DNA of 64,000 nucleotides from a bacterium. Lineage in GTDB: Bacteria; UBA8248. A model generated the notes under the pieces. It was given only the letters and a program-made list of their open reading frames with translations. It made no database searches and had not been told where the DNA came from. The DNA is taken from the NCBI GenBank assembly GCA_965207065.1, contig OZ242260.1, positions 4,256,001 through 4,320,000 on the forward strand, read 5' to 3'. The position numbers were made by a program, and so were the translations under genes. Below are positions 10,428 to 22,646 of this stretch, piece after piece. Positions within the stretch are counted from its first letter, which is position 1. Every line of letters starts with the position of its first letter.

Positions 10428-10488
10428 TATCCTCTCCAGAGCCTATCGTCATATGTCTGCTCACGCCCATACCCGCATACGCCCATCA

Positions 10489-11442
10489 TTACATGCTCAC
10501 GCCCGTCATGTTCGCCCGAGGCGACGTGGGGTTGCGACTTTCGAGCTCGCGGACGATTTCCTTGCTTTCCTCATCCATCTGATCCGGCAACAAGACCTGG
10601 ATCCTGACGAACAAATCGCCCTTGCCCGAGCCCTTGAGTTTCGGAGCTCCCTTGCCCGAAAGCCTGAAAACCTGGCCGTTCTGGGTCGAAGGGGGAATTG
10701 TCATCTTCGTCACCCCCTCGAAGGTGTTGATCTCCACGCGCGCGCCCAGAAGCGCCTCGCCGAGGCTGACGGGAAGCTCGAGATACAGGTTATCCCCTTT
10801 TCGCTCGAAGAATGGGTGTTCGCGCACCTTTGTGACGATGAAGAGGTCCCCCTGCGGCCCGTCGTTCAGCGAGACTTCTCCCTTGCCCGCCAGACGGATG
10901 CGCGAGCCGTTCGAAACGCCGGGCGGTATCTTCACCTGAATGCGCTCGGTGGTGTGCTGGATTTTCCCGTTTTCGTTCGTGGTCTTGGGCACGGTGATGG
11001 TGGTGTTGAGCCCCTTCAGGGAATCGTCGAAACCTATCTCCATCGAGTAGTTCACGTCCTGACCCCGCCGGGGGGCCTGGGGCTGCGCGTGGAAGCCGCC
11101 GCGTGCAGCACCGCCGCGCGCGCCGCCGAACACGCTACCGAAAATATCGCCCAGGCCGAATTCGCGCAGAATGTCTTCCATGCCGGGCGGGGCTCCCCCG
11201 CCCCAGGGACTGCCCCCGCCGAAGGCCGCATGCCCCATGGCGTCATATTTTCTGCGCTTCTCCGGATCCGAGATGACGGCGTACGCCTCGCTGATTTCCT
11301 TGAAGCGCTCCTCCGCCTTCGCATTCCCCGGGTTGACGTCGGGGTGATACGTCCGCGCCAGCTTCTTGAAAGCGCGTTTCAGTTCCGCTTCCGAAGCGCT
11401 CCGGTCGATTCCCAGCACCTCGTAATAATCACGCTTGGCCAT
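10489..11442 (-). CDS. DnaJ-class II chaperone (CbpA-like, no Zn finger)
   Basis: J-domain HPD plus DnaJ C-terminal domain, lacks CxxCxGxG. Confidence 0.92.
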   Translation of the reverse strand: MAKRDYYEVLGIDRSASEAELKRAFKKLARTYHPDVNPGNAKAEERFKEISEAYAVISDPEKRRKYDAMGHAAFGGGSPWGGGAPPGMEDILREFGLGDIFGSVFGGARGGAARGGFHAQPQAPRRGQDVNYSMEIGFDDSLKGLNTTITVPKTTNENGKIQHTTERIQVKIPPGVSNGSRIRLAGKGEVSLNDGPQGDLFIVTKVREHPFFERKGDNLYLELPVSLGEALLGARVEINTFEGVTKMTIPPSTQNGQVFRLSGKGAPKLKGSGKGDLFVRIQVLLPDQMDEESKEIVRELESRNPTSPRANMTGVSM

Positions 11443-11466
11443 ACCATCCTCATCCGGGCAGGACGC

Positions 11467-13386
11467 TTAAGGCTTGTCCTTGTCCACTTCCTCGAACTCG
11501 GCATCCACGACGTCGCCCGCGGGCGCGCCGTTCTCCCCGCCGCCGGCCTCCGGTGTTTCGGCGGCGGCACCGTCTGCCTGACTCGCCTGCTCGTACATCG
11601 CCTGCGCGAGCTTGTGCGAGGCCGCCTCGAGTTTTTCCTGCGCTTCCTTGATCTCCTCCACCGTCGCGTCCTCTTTCTCCAGAACCGCCCGGAGCGCGAC
11701 GATGGCGTCTTCTATCTCTTTCTTGTCTTCGGCCGAAACCTTGTCCTCGTTCTCCTTGAGCATCTTCTCCGTGCTGTACGCCATGCTGTCGGCCATGTTT
11801 CTCGCCTCGACGGCCTCGCGCCGCTTCTTGTCCTCCTCGGCGTGCTCGTCCGCATCGGACACCATGTTGTTGATCTCCTCCTCGGAGAGGCCGCTCGAGC
11901 TCGTGATGGTGATCGCCTGCTCCTTGCTGGTGCCCAGGTCCTTGGCGGAGACGTTCACGATGCCGTTGGCGTCGATGTCGAACGTCACCTCGATCTGGGG
12001 AACCCCCCGTGGCGCGGCGGGGATGCCGACGAGATGGAACTTGCCCAGCGAGCGGTTGCCCGAAGCCATCTCGCGCTCGCCCTGAAGCACGTGCACTTCG
12101 ACGGAGGGCTGGTTGTCCGCCGCGGTGGAGAAGGTTTCGCTCTTCTTGACGGGTATCGTCGTGTTGCGCTCGATGAGCTTGGTGGACACGCCGCCCAAGG
12201 TCTCTATCCCCAAGGAGAGCGGGGTGACGTCCAGCAGCAGAACGTCCTTGACGTCTCCGGCGAGCACGCCGCCCTGCACGCCCGCGCCGACCGCCACGAC
12301 CTCGTCGGGGTTCACGCCCTTGTGGGGCTCTTTGCCGAAAAATTTCTCCACCGTCTCCTGCACCAGCGGCATTCGCGTTGAACCGCCCACCAGCACGACC
12401 TCGTCGATGTCGCCGGGCTGGACCTTGGCGTCATCCAGCGCGCGGCGGCAGGGCGCCAGCGTCTTCTCCACCAGATCGCCGGTCAACTGCTCGAGTTTCG
12501 CGCGCGTGAGCTTCAGGTTCAGGTGCTTGGGGCCCGAGGCGTCCGCCGTGATGAACGGCAGGTTGATGGTCGTCTCCATGGAACTCGAGAGCTCGATCTT
12601 CGCCTTTTCGGATTCCTCGCGCAGACGCTGAAGCGCCATGGGGTCGCCCGAGATGTCGATGCCCTGGTCTTTCTTGAACTCCTCCGCCATCCACTCGATG
12701 ATCCGGTGGTCGATGTTGTCGCCGCCCAGGTGCGTATCTCCGTTCGTGGCCTTCACCTCGACCACGTTGTCCCCCACCTCGAGGATGGAGATGTCGAACG
12801 TGCCGCCGCCGAAGTCATAGACCGCGATGGTCTGATCCGCCTTCTTGTCGAGTCCGTAGGCGAGGGCGGCGGCCGTCGGCTCGTTGATGATGCGCTGGAC
12901 GTTGAGCCCTGCGATTTTTCCGGCATCCTTCGTCGCCTGGCGCTGGCTGTCGTTGAAATACGCGGGCACCGTGACGACCGCCTCGGTCACCTGCTCGCCC
13001 AGGTAGTCCTCGGCGGCCTGCTTGAGCTTTTGCAGCACGCTCGCCGATATCTCGGGAGGGGCGTGCTCCTTGCCGTCGATCTTGATGCGCGCGTCGCCGC
13101 TGTCCGCCTTCACGACCTCATAGGGCACGATGGTGACTTCCTCGGGCACTTCCGCGAAACGCCTGCCCATGAAGCGTTTTGCGGAATAAATGGTCCTGGT
13201 CGGGTTGGTCACCGCCTGGCGCTTGGCCACGAGGCCGACGAGTTTCTCCCCGTCGTCGGTGAACGCCACGACGCTGGGCGTCGTGCGGTTGCCCTCCTGG
13301 TTGGCGATGACCGTAGGCTGCCCACCCTCCATGACGGAGACGACCGAGTTGGTGGTGCCCAAATCAATTCCGATTACCTTCGACAT
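11467..13386 (-). CDS. dnaK: Chaperone DnaK
   Basis: [38 protein letters not shown] tail. Confidence 0.99.
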   Translation of the reverse strand: MSKVIGIDLGTTNSVVSVMEGGQPTVIANQEGNRTTPSVVAFTDDGEKLVGLVAKRQAVTNPTRTIYSAKRFMGRRFAEVPEEVTIVPYEVVKADSGDARIKIDGKEHAPPEISASVLQKLKQAAEDYLGEQVTEAVVTVPAYFNDSQRQATKDAGKIAGLNVQRIINEPTAAALAYGLDKKADQTIAVYDFGGGTFDISILEVGDNVVEVKATNGDTHLGGDNIDHRIIEWMAEEFKKDQGIDISGDPMALQRLREESEKAKIELSSSMETTINLPFITADASGPKHLNLKLTRAKLEQLTGDLVEKTLAPCRRALDDAKVQPGDIDEVVLVGGSTRMPLVQETVEKFFGKEPHKGVNPDEVVAVGAGVQGGVLAGDVKDVLLLDVTPLSLGIETLGGVSTKLIERNTTIPVKKSETFSTAADNQPSVEVHVLQGEREMASGNRSLGKFHLVGIPAAPRGVPQIEVTFDIDANGIVNVSAKDLGTSKEQAITITSSSGLSEEEINNMVSDADEHAEEDKKRREAVEARNMADSMAYSTEKMLKENEDKVSAEDKKEIEDAIVALRAVLEKEDATVEEIKEAQEKLEAASHKLAQAMYEQASQADGAAAETPEAGGGENGAPAGDVVDAEFEEVDKDKP

Positions 13387-13494
13387 CAATCTTTCTCCTT
13401 ATCGGGATAAACAATCAAAATTTCACAACAAAATTTCTGGTTTTTTCGTTCTCATGGATGTGGAATAGAAAGTTCCGTCCGCATCCGGGAGCAT

Positions 13495-16125
<2,631 letters not shown>

Positions 16126-16275
16126 GAACGTGTGCTCCGGTTTCTTTCGTGAAAATCCACGTAAATATCGATAAATTACGATAAATTTCCACTGAATTTC
16201 GATAAATTTTCCGGCGCCTGAAACCCCGTCAATTCCGATATACCGGAGGCGGCCGAGGCTTGATGACACAAGGGA

Positions 16276-16305
16276 AATATAATATCTTAGTCATGGACTG
16301 TCAAG
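16276..16305 (-). promoter_or_regulatory. sigma70-type promoter of clpB overlapped by HAIR-like operator
   Basis: TTGACA(16304-16299)-17 nt-TATATT(16281-16276); overlapping CTTGACA-N7-ACTAAGA resembles HAIR CTTGAGT-N7-ACTCAAG. Confidence 0.7.
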
Positions 16306-16521
16306 TTTTATAATATTAAAATATGCAGACTTTTTTGATTTGCACCGGAGTACGCCTCGCCGACCTGGAAGGAAATAAGCGGCTTATTGCGTGAACAAGC
16401 CTGTATTTCAAGGATATATCGGCCTCAAGCCTTTGCAAAAAGACAAAAAAGTAGTATATTCAGGGTGTGGATATCACAATTAATCTTGGTTGCCATTAAC
16501 AAGGTCAAGGAGAAACAACAG

Positions 16522-16905
16522 ATGACGGATGGAACGGTCACTTTATTCGATCAGTCCCAAGAAAAACCACAAGCCCTTGAAGGCATTATGGTTACGCCGC
16601 TCGCCCGCCAGAAGGTGAGCGAGATTCTCGAGGCGGAAGGCAAGACCGGCCACGGGCTGCGTCTGGCCGTCACCGCCGGCGGCTGCTCGGGTTACAACTA
16701 TGGCCTGTATTTCGAGGAATCCGCCAATCCCGAGGATAAAGTGTTCTCCTCCGATAGCTTCGACGTGTTCGTGGACCCGCAGAGCTATCCCGTCATCGCG
16801 GGAACGGAGATTGATTTCGTCGACAGCCTCCAGGGCTCGGGCTTCAAGATCAACAACCCCAACGCCATGGGCATGTGCGGCTGCGGCAAATCGTTCACCA
16901 CTTGA
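16522..16905 (+). CDS. A-type Fe-S carrier (IscA/ErpA/HesB family)
   Basis: GGCSGYNY, IDFVDSLQGSGFKINNPNA..CGCGKSF. Confidence 0.95.
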   Translation: MTDGTVTLFDQSQEKPQALEGIMVTPLARQKVSEILEAEGKTGHGLRLAVTAGGCSGYNYGLYFEESANPEDKVFSSDSFDVFVDPQSYPVIAGTEIDFVDSLQGSGFKINNPNAMGMCGCGKSFTT

Positions 16906-16922
16906 ATAAACAATACCTTACG

Positions 16923-16955
16923 AGCCCCGGGCATCACGCGCCCGGGGCTTTTTTT
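16923..16955 (+). terminator. Intrinsic terminator
   Basis: AGCCCCGGGC-N7-GCCCGGGGCT followed by T-run. Confidence 0.85.
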
Positions 16956-16977
16956 ATGCCGGACGAGAGAGCCTGCC

Positions 16978-18432
16978 GTGAACCGAAACGATAAGGCATC
17001 CGAGTGGCGCGCCCCCGGCGCCGTCGTTCTCATCTCCTGCTACGAGTTGGGACATCAGCCCCTCGCCGTCGCCTCGCCCCTGGCTTTTTTGCGCGAAGCG
17101 GGCTTCCGTCCCCGGGCAATGGACATCGCGGTTGAGGATTTCTCAGAAGAAAATATCGCAAACGCGAAATTCGTCGGCATCAGCGTACCGATGCACACCG
17201 CGCTCAGGCTCGGCGTGGAGGTGGCGGCGAAAGTACGCGAGACGAACCCCGAGTGCCACATTTGTTTTTACGGCCTCTACGGCCTGCTCAACAAAGACTA
17301 TCTACTTGAAAACGGCGGGGATTCGGCCATCGGCGGCGAGTTCGAGCTGCCGCTCGTGAAGCTCGTTCAAGGACTGTCCCAAGACTCCGGCGCCACCCAG
17401 GTTCCCGGCGCGGCCACGAGAGAGCACACGTCCGGCCCGTATCTCGAGAAAATCCCGCTTCTCAAGCCCGAACGAGAAGGGTTGCCAGCGCTCCAGGCGT
17501 ACGCCCACCTCGTAAATGGAGAAAATCACTACCCCGCAGGAGCCGTCGAGGCGAGCCGCGGCTGCAAGCACTTGTGCCTCCATTGCCCCATTCCGCCGGT
17601 CTACGATGGCCGTTTCTTCATCGTGCCCCAGGATAAGGTTTTAGAGGATATCGAAGATTTGGCGGCGCAAGGCGCGCGCCATATCACCTTCGCGGATCCG
17701 GATTTCCTGAACGGCCCCTCTCATGCGCTTCGAGTCGCCCGCGCCATGCACGAGCGGTTTCCGGCGCTCACCTTCGATTTCACGGCCAAGGTGGAACACC
17801 TCATCAAACACGAGGAACTTCTGCCGGAGTTCAGAGAATACGGATGCGCGTTTTTCGTCACCGCGGTGGAATCTTTAAGCGACCTCGTCCTCCGTCATCT
17901 GGACAAGGGACACAGCAGGGAAGACGTTTTTCGCGCCGTGAAAGCCGCCCGGGAGGCGCGCGTTTCCATCAGGCCGTCACTGGTCGCATTCACGCCGTGG
18001 ACGAGCGCTCAGGACTATTTCGATCTGCTGGATTTCATCGAAGAATACGCACTAATCGACGAGGTCGACCCCATTCAGATGGCCATTCGGCTGCTGGTGC
18101 CGCCGGGGTCCTACCTGCCCGGCTCCAAACAGATGGAGAGATACATCACCGAACTCGACGCCGAGAATTTCATCTACCGATGGGAGCATCCGGACAGAAG
18201 GATGGACAAACTGCACGAGGAGGCGCTCATCTTGGCCGAAGATGCGGCAGCGCGCCAAGAGGATGCCGCCACAACATTCATGAGGATTCGCGAATTGGCG
18301 GCCGACGTTCTCGAACGCCCCGAACAGGCGCGGCCAAAAGCCACTTTCGCGCCCGATCGAATCCGCCCGCCTCGCCTGACCGAATCGTGGTTTTGCTGAG
18401 CGGAGCCCACCCAGGGCCAGTTGGCCCTCTAA
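16978..18432 (+). CDS. Radical SAM protein with C-terminal C-U-A-E-P tail (probable selenoprotein; TGA 18397-18399 = Sec)
   Basis: CKHLCLHC radical SAM motif, B12-binding-like N-terminus; read-through gives RLTESWFC-U-AEPTQGQLAL-TAA; hairpin AGGGCC-AGTT-GGCCCT 13 nt after TGA. Confidence 0.85.
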
Positions 18433-18448
18433 GCCGCCCAGATAATAT

Positions 18449-18799
18449 TTACGTCAATATCCTGGTGTAGGTATCTTCATCGAAACCGACGATGAGGGTG
18501 CTCCGGTGTTTGATGACCGGCGCTCTGAGCGTGCCCGAGCGGCCCATCACTAGCGCCAGCACGTCTTCGCGCGCAGGTTTTTCTTTTTTCATATTCAGGT
18601 GAATGACTTTCCTGCTCTTGGTCGAATACAGGTCCGCCACGCCATCCAGAAGCGAATCGACGTTGCCCTCATCCACTACGTCTTTCCTGGAACTGGCCTG
18701 CTCTGTAACCTCGATACCGTTTTCCGCAAGAAACGCTTGCGTTTTGGCGCAGGTCTTTCAGCCTGAGCGATGGTAGTACCAATCCACTGTCTTCGACAT
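18449..18799 (-). CDS. ArsC/Spx-like thioredoxin-fold protein with UxxC motif (probable selenoprotein; TGA 18760-18758 = Sec)
   Basis: ATG 18799 after GAGGAG; MSKTVDWYYHRSG-U-KTCAKTQAFL... continues in frame into the 18449-18676 ORF ending GRSGTLRAPVI...LIVGFDE. Confidence 0.85.
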
Positions 18800-18913
18800 G
18801 TCTCAAAATCTCCTCACAAAACGAGAAACCCTCTCGTTGAAAAACCATATCGGCGGCTGAGCGAATCGGGGGATGCCCGCCTTCAACTCACCCCTGATGA
18901 AAGCGCAATTGAT

Positions 18914-19627
18914 TCAAAGATTCATAACTGCGACGGCCCGTATGGGAGAGCCCGTGCCATCGCGAATCTTCAGCGGAAGCCCCACATAGAGGAATTCCTC
19001 CCCCGCCACGGCTTCGATGTTCGCCAGATTTTCCGTGTTGTGGCGCTGAAGCTCCCGGCAAAGCACATGGCAGGGAAACGTGAGTTCTATGGTGTTCACG
19101 CCGGCGTCGATGCTGGGCGCATCCTGGCCGATGTTCACCACGCCGCACTCGCGATAGAGGAAATTCGCGGCGTCATAGCCCAAACCCGGGTACGTGCTGA
19201 GATAATCATCCGTCGGGTAGGTGCGCTTGAAATGGCCGCCCGTGAAGAGGAGCGTGCCGTCCCTGGGGGGCGTCAAGTCCGCTGCGGAAAGTTCATCCTG
19301 CAAGAGCTGCAAGGAAATCTCCTCCATCGGCTCCACCTTGCCCGTGAAATCCAGCGCGACCGCCCGTGTAATGAACCACTCGAGCGGCGCCTGATCGATG
19401 TTCGGAGCCGTTTCCCGCTCGTCGATGTGGCTGACCGAATCGGTATGCGTCGGACCGTGATCGCACATGTGGAGCATCATGGCCGCATACGTGATGTCCT
19501 TTGGTTTGATAGGCGCATTGGCCGCATCTTCGTGCCGGGCGACGTATTCGATTTCCGTCCCCGGATGCCCGGGAAACCTGGGCGCACCGGTGTAAATCTC
19601 CTGGCTCAGATCGATGATTTCGTACAT
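18914..19627 (-). CDS. Cyclase / kynurenine formamidase-family metal hydrolase
   Basis: IIDLSQEI, HGPTHTD (HxGTHxD-like), ENLANI, GTGSPIRAVA. Confidence 0.9.
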   Translation of the reverse strand: MYEIIDLSQEIYTGAPRFPGHPGTEIEYVARHEDAANAPIKPKDITYAAMMLHMCDHGPTHTDSVSHIDERETAPNIDQAPLEWFITRAVALDFTGKVEPMEEISLQLLQDELSAADLTPPRDGTLLFTGGHFKRTYPTDDYLSTYPGLGYDAANFLYRECGVVNIGQDAPSIDAGVNTIELTFPCHVLCRELQRHNTENLANIEAVAGEEFLYVGLPLKIRDGTGSPIRAVAVMNL

Positions 19628-19690
19628 GCTCATCTCCTCAAAATCTATCCGAAAAGCCCCCGCATGCGGTGGCATCCTCGTCAAAAATAA

Positions 19691-20935
19691 TCAGGCGACG
19701 CCGCCGACCGTTACGCCGTTCGACACCGGACACTCCAGGTCGGGCCATATCTTCGTCATGAACGTTTCCAATTCGTAAATGACTTCTTCCTTGGGGCATT
19801 GCGCATAGTGCCAGATCAGGGTGATGAACTCAGAAGGCACTTTCTCGTACGTTTCCTCCCACTCGCGCTTGAGCTTGTCCACCGGACCACCCAGGAAGAT
19901 GCCGCTTTCCTTGATGTTCTGGATCCAGTCGATGCTCTCCGTATCGTCGGGGAATTGCGGGAAGAAGGGCACGTAGAAGTTCTGGTAGATGTCCTGATCG
20001 TATTTCCTGAGTTTCTCGTCGTACTCTTCTTCTGTGTCCGTCACATGAATCCACCGGCAAACGCATTGGCGCTCGCCATGCGCAAAGTTGTGGCCCGCTT
20101 TGGCCGCTTCTTCAACGTAGAGGTGGGAGAATTCTTCCATCTTTTCAAGCTTTGTGAAATAAACAGGCCGGAACCCGTGCTTCGCCGCGAATTTTATGGA
20201 ATCCGGGCTCGCGCTCACGGCCTGGAACATGGGCGGGTAAGGCTCCTGATAGGGCTTGGGAACAACGCTCACCCTCCGCACCCGATTGTCATCGCCGACT
20301 TCGCCGATTGCGCCGGCGTCCCGTGCGCTCTTCCAGGCCGGATAATCGATGCCATCCTCATACGGGTAAGGAATCTCGTAGTAATCGCCCTTCACTTCCA
20401 CCGAATCTTCCTGCCAGAATTTCAGGAGCATCTCGACGCGCTCTTCAAAAATGTCGCGGTTCTTCACGTCGTCGGCCCCGCCGAGGGCGTCGGAGACGGT
20501 GGCCCGGGTGTCGCTGAACTGCCCGAGCACGTTCGACCACCTGGACTGATACCCTCTTGCCAAACCACAGAAGAACTTCCCCTTGGTGATGTGGTCGAGT
20601 ATCGCCGTCTCCTCGGCCACGCGAATCGGATCTTGAGTCGCCATGACGTAACCCAGCGCGCCCACCCGCGCATTCTTGACATGATTGGCCCACCAAGCGT
20701 TGAGAACGCCCGGATTGGGACCAACCTCGTAACCCTCCGAATGCAGGTGGTGCTCGATGGTGCTGATACCCCAGACACCCATCTCATCGGCGGCCTTTAC
20801 GATATCGACCCATTCATGAAGCACGTGATGGTACAAATCCTTGTCCCTGGCCAAGGGCCGTTTCTGCTCGCGCTCCTCCCGGTTTTCCGTCGGCAGCATG
20901 GGATATAGCTGGATGATCACTTTGGGTTTCGCCAT
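19691..20935 (-). CDS. LLM-class (luciferase-like) flavin-dependent oxidoreductase
   Basis: EHH, DPIRVAEETAILDHITKGKF..GLARGY, VPKPYQEPYPP. Confidence 0.9.
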   Translation of the reverse strand: MAKPKVIIQLYPMLPTENREEREQKRPLARDKDLYHHVLHEWVDIVKAADEMGVWGISTIEHHLHSEGYEVGPNPGVLNAWWANHVKNARVGALGYVMATQDPIRVAEETAILDHITKGKFFCGLARGYQSRWSNVLGQFSDTRATVSDALGGADDVKNRDIFEERVEMLLKFWQEDSVEVKGDYYEIPYPYEDGIDYPAWKSARDAGAIGEVGDDNRVRRVSVVPKPYQEPYPPMFQAVSASPDSIKFAAKHGFRPVYFTKLEKMEEFSHLYVEEAAKAGHNFAHGERQCVCRWIHVTDTEEEYDEKLRKYDQDIYQNFYVPFFPQFPDDTESIDWIQNIKESGIFLGGPVDKLKREWEETYEKVPSEFITLIWHYAQCPKEEVIYELETFMTKIWPDLECPVSNGVTVGGVA

Positions 20936-20968
20936 CGCCTTATTCTCCTTTTTCGACAGAGATATTCT

Positions 20969-21511
20969 TCATCCTCGGGCGCCGGAAGCCGGCGCCTGTT
21001 TTGATAAATTCATTTTATTCTTCACTTTATGGAGGAGCCTGGATAGTCTCTCTCTTTCATCGTCCTCCAAATCATTCATGAGGTCCGCTATGCGTGAGTA
21101 ATAGTCCGGGAAAATGGCGTGCAGGCTCTCTTTTCCCTTGGGCGTCAGGCGCACGATGACTTTCCTCCTGTCTCCTTCGTGGCTGAAGCGCTCAATGAGC
21201 CCGTCGCGCTGAAGTCCCTTCATCAACCCGGTCATCGTCGCGCGCGTCACGCCCGCCTGCCCGGCCAGTTCGGACGGGCTGAGGCCCGAACCATTGTTTC
21301 TCACTTGCGAACGCAGCAGCAGCAATAAAACGATGAATCTGCCCTGCGATACGCCGTGATTGGCCAGATACGTTTCAAAGGCGGTAAGCATATCGCTGCC
21401 TACCTGCAAGAAAAGATAAAAAAGCATGACGGAAGAAGTATCCAGAGAGGAATACTCCGGTACGAGTGGCCTGAAATCTTCCTCGTTGGGCAGTTCTTTC
21501 ATATAGAACAT
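20969..21511 (-). CDS. MarR-family transcriptional regulator
   Basis: SPSELA..AGVTRATMTGL..GL.RDGLIER....DRR...VRLTPKG. Confidence 0.93.
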   Translation of the reverse strand: MFYMKELPNEEDFRPLVPEYSSLDTSSVMLFYLFLQVGSDMLTAFETYLANHGVSQGRFIVLLLLLRSQVRNNGSGLSPSELAGQAGVTRATMTGLMKGLQRDGLIERFSHEGDRRKVIVRLTPKGKESLHAIFPDYYSRIADLMNDLEDDERERLSRLLHKVKNKMNLSKQAPASGARG

Positions 21512-21535
21512 GGGTTTGCTCCGAGAATCAAATGC

Positions 21536-21575
21536 TATGGGGCCTAATTATATGGAGCCTTACAACCCAAGTCAA
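21536..21575 (-). promoter_or_regulatory. sigma70 promoter of marR operon with two putative operator boxes
   Basis: TTGACT-17-TATAAT on - strand; boxes TATGGGGCCTAA (21536-47) and TATGGAGCCTTA (21551-62) flank the -10. Confidence 0.7.
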
Positions 21576-21790
21576 CCAGCTCTTTCTCACGGATGTTTCG
21601 AAAGCGCAAATAGTGGCGTCGCTGCAAGAAAACACATATTCGGGTCTTGAAACATTCATCAAATGGGATATATTAGCGTGAGTATGGTGATATCCTCGAA
21701 TTCAGAGGGTATGAATCCACAGAATCGTGAATATTCTTTGGCCGCTTCGCCTGATATACGAAATGATTGGGCATCCAGGAGGATTTTGAA

Positions 21791-22501
21791 ATGCGCTCTC
21801 AAGACTTCACTCGCTCGACCGGGCAACGCGTTATCGCCCAAGACGCCGCCGCATTCATGCAGCGCGTCTATGGATGGATGACGCTGGGGCTCTTCGTCAC
21901 GGGCTTCAGCGCCCTCTACGTCGCATCCAGCCCCGCCGCCATCCAGTTCATCTTTGGAAGCTCCATCTCGGTATTTCTGGTTATCGGCGTTCAACTCGCC
22001 CTGGTTTTCTCCATCAGGCCTGTGATGCGCAGCAAAGGCTGGCAAGCGGGCGCGATTCTGTTCCTGCTCTACAGCGCGACGCTGGGCGTCACCGTTTCCA
22101 CCCTGCTCCTGCGCTACACGTTCACCTCCGTGGCCCAGGCGTTTTTCGTCACCGGCGGCGCGTTCGGCGGACTGACCCTCTTCGCCTTCGTGACGAAAAA
22201 AGACCTGTCGGGTGTGGGCAACTTCTGTATGGTGGGACTCATCGGCATTATTCTGGCCAGCGTCGTCAACATTTTCGTGGGCAGTTCGGCCGTTCATTTC
22301 GCCATCAGCGTTCTGGGCGTTCTCATCTTTGCGGGTCTGACGGCCTATGATACCCAGAAGATGAAGGAATACGCCTACTCCCAGGACACGGACAACGAGA
22401 CGGGCAGGCGCGCCTCCATCATGGCGGCGCTCGAACTCTACCTCGATTTCATCATGATGTTCATTTACCTTACACAGCTACTGGGCGCCTCAAGAGATTG
22501 A
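21791..22501 (+). CDS. Bax inhibitor-1/YccA family membrane protein
   Basis: FMQRVYGWMTLGL, FAGLTAYDTQK, ALELYLDF; multiple hydrophobic segments. Confidence 0.93.
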   Translation: MRSQDFTRSTGQRVIAQDAAAFMQRVYGWMTLGLFVTGFSALYVASSPAAIQFIFGSSISVFLVIGVQLALVFSIRPVMRSKGWQAGAILFLLYSATLGVTVSTLLLRYTFTSVAQAFFVTGGAFGGLTLFAFVTKKDLSGVGNFCMVGLIGIILASVVNIFVGSSAVHFAISVLGVLIFAGLTAYDTQKMKEYAYSQDTDNETGRRASIMAALELYLDFIMMFIYLTQLLGASRD

Positions 22502-22520
22502 AAAAGCAGCTTCCGTCAAC

Positions 22521-22550
22521 AAGCCGGGGCTTCGGCCCCGGCTTCTCTTT
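22521..22550 (+). terminator. Intrinsic terminator
   Basis: AAGCCGGGGC-TTCG-GCCCCGGCTT then CTCTTT. Confidence 0.8.
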
Positions 22551-22646
22551 ACTATCGTTTATCCCTTCCAATTTCCTGACAATAAGTGTTAAAATTAGAA
22601 TGTTGAAACATGAAACAACAATTATCGCCCTGGTAGGAGAATAGTT

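Noticed and set aside
16150-16212. CRISPR array or replication origin (also 54242-54300)
   Set aside because: Units are ~10 bp with no spacers; no cas genes and no DnaA-box cluster seen
16126-16269. N-terminal extension of ClpB in the ORF track
   Set aside because: Runs through the phased repeat array up to the predicted TSS; ClpB similarity starts at MNFEQFT (16125)
18397-18399. TGA as true stop of the radical SAM gene (and 18758-60 as a nonsense mutation)
   Set aside because: Cys-adjacent or CxxC-position context plus downstream hairpins favour selenocysteine, although sel genes are not in this window
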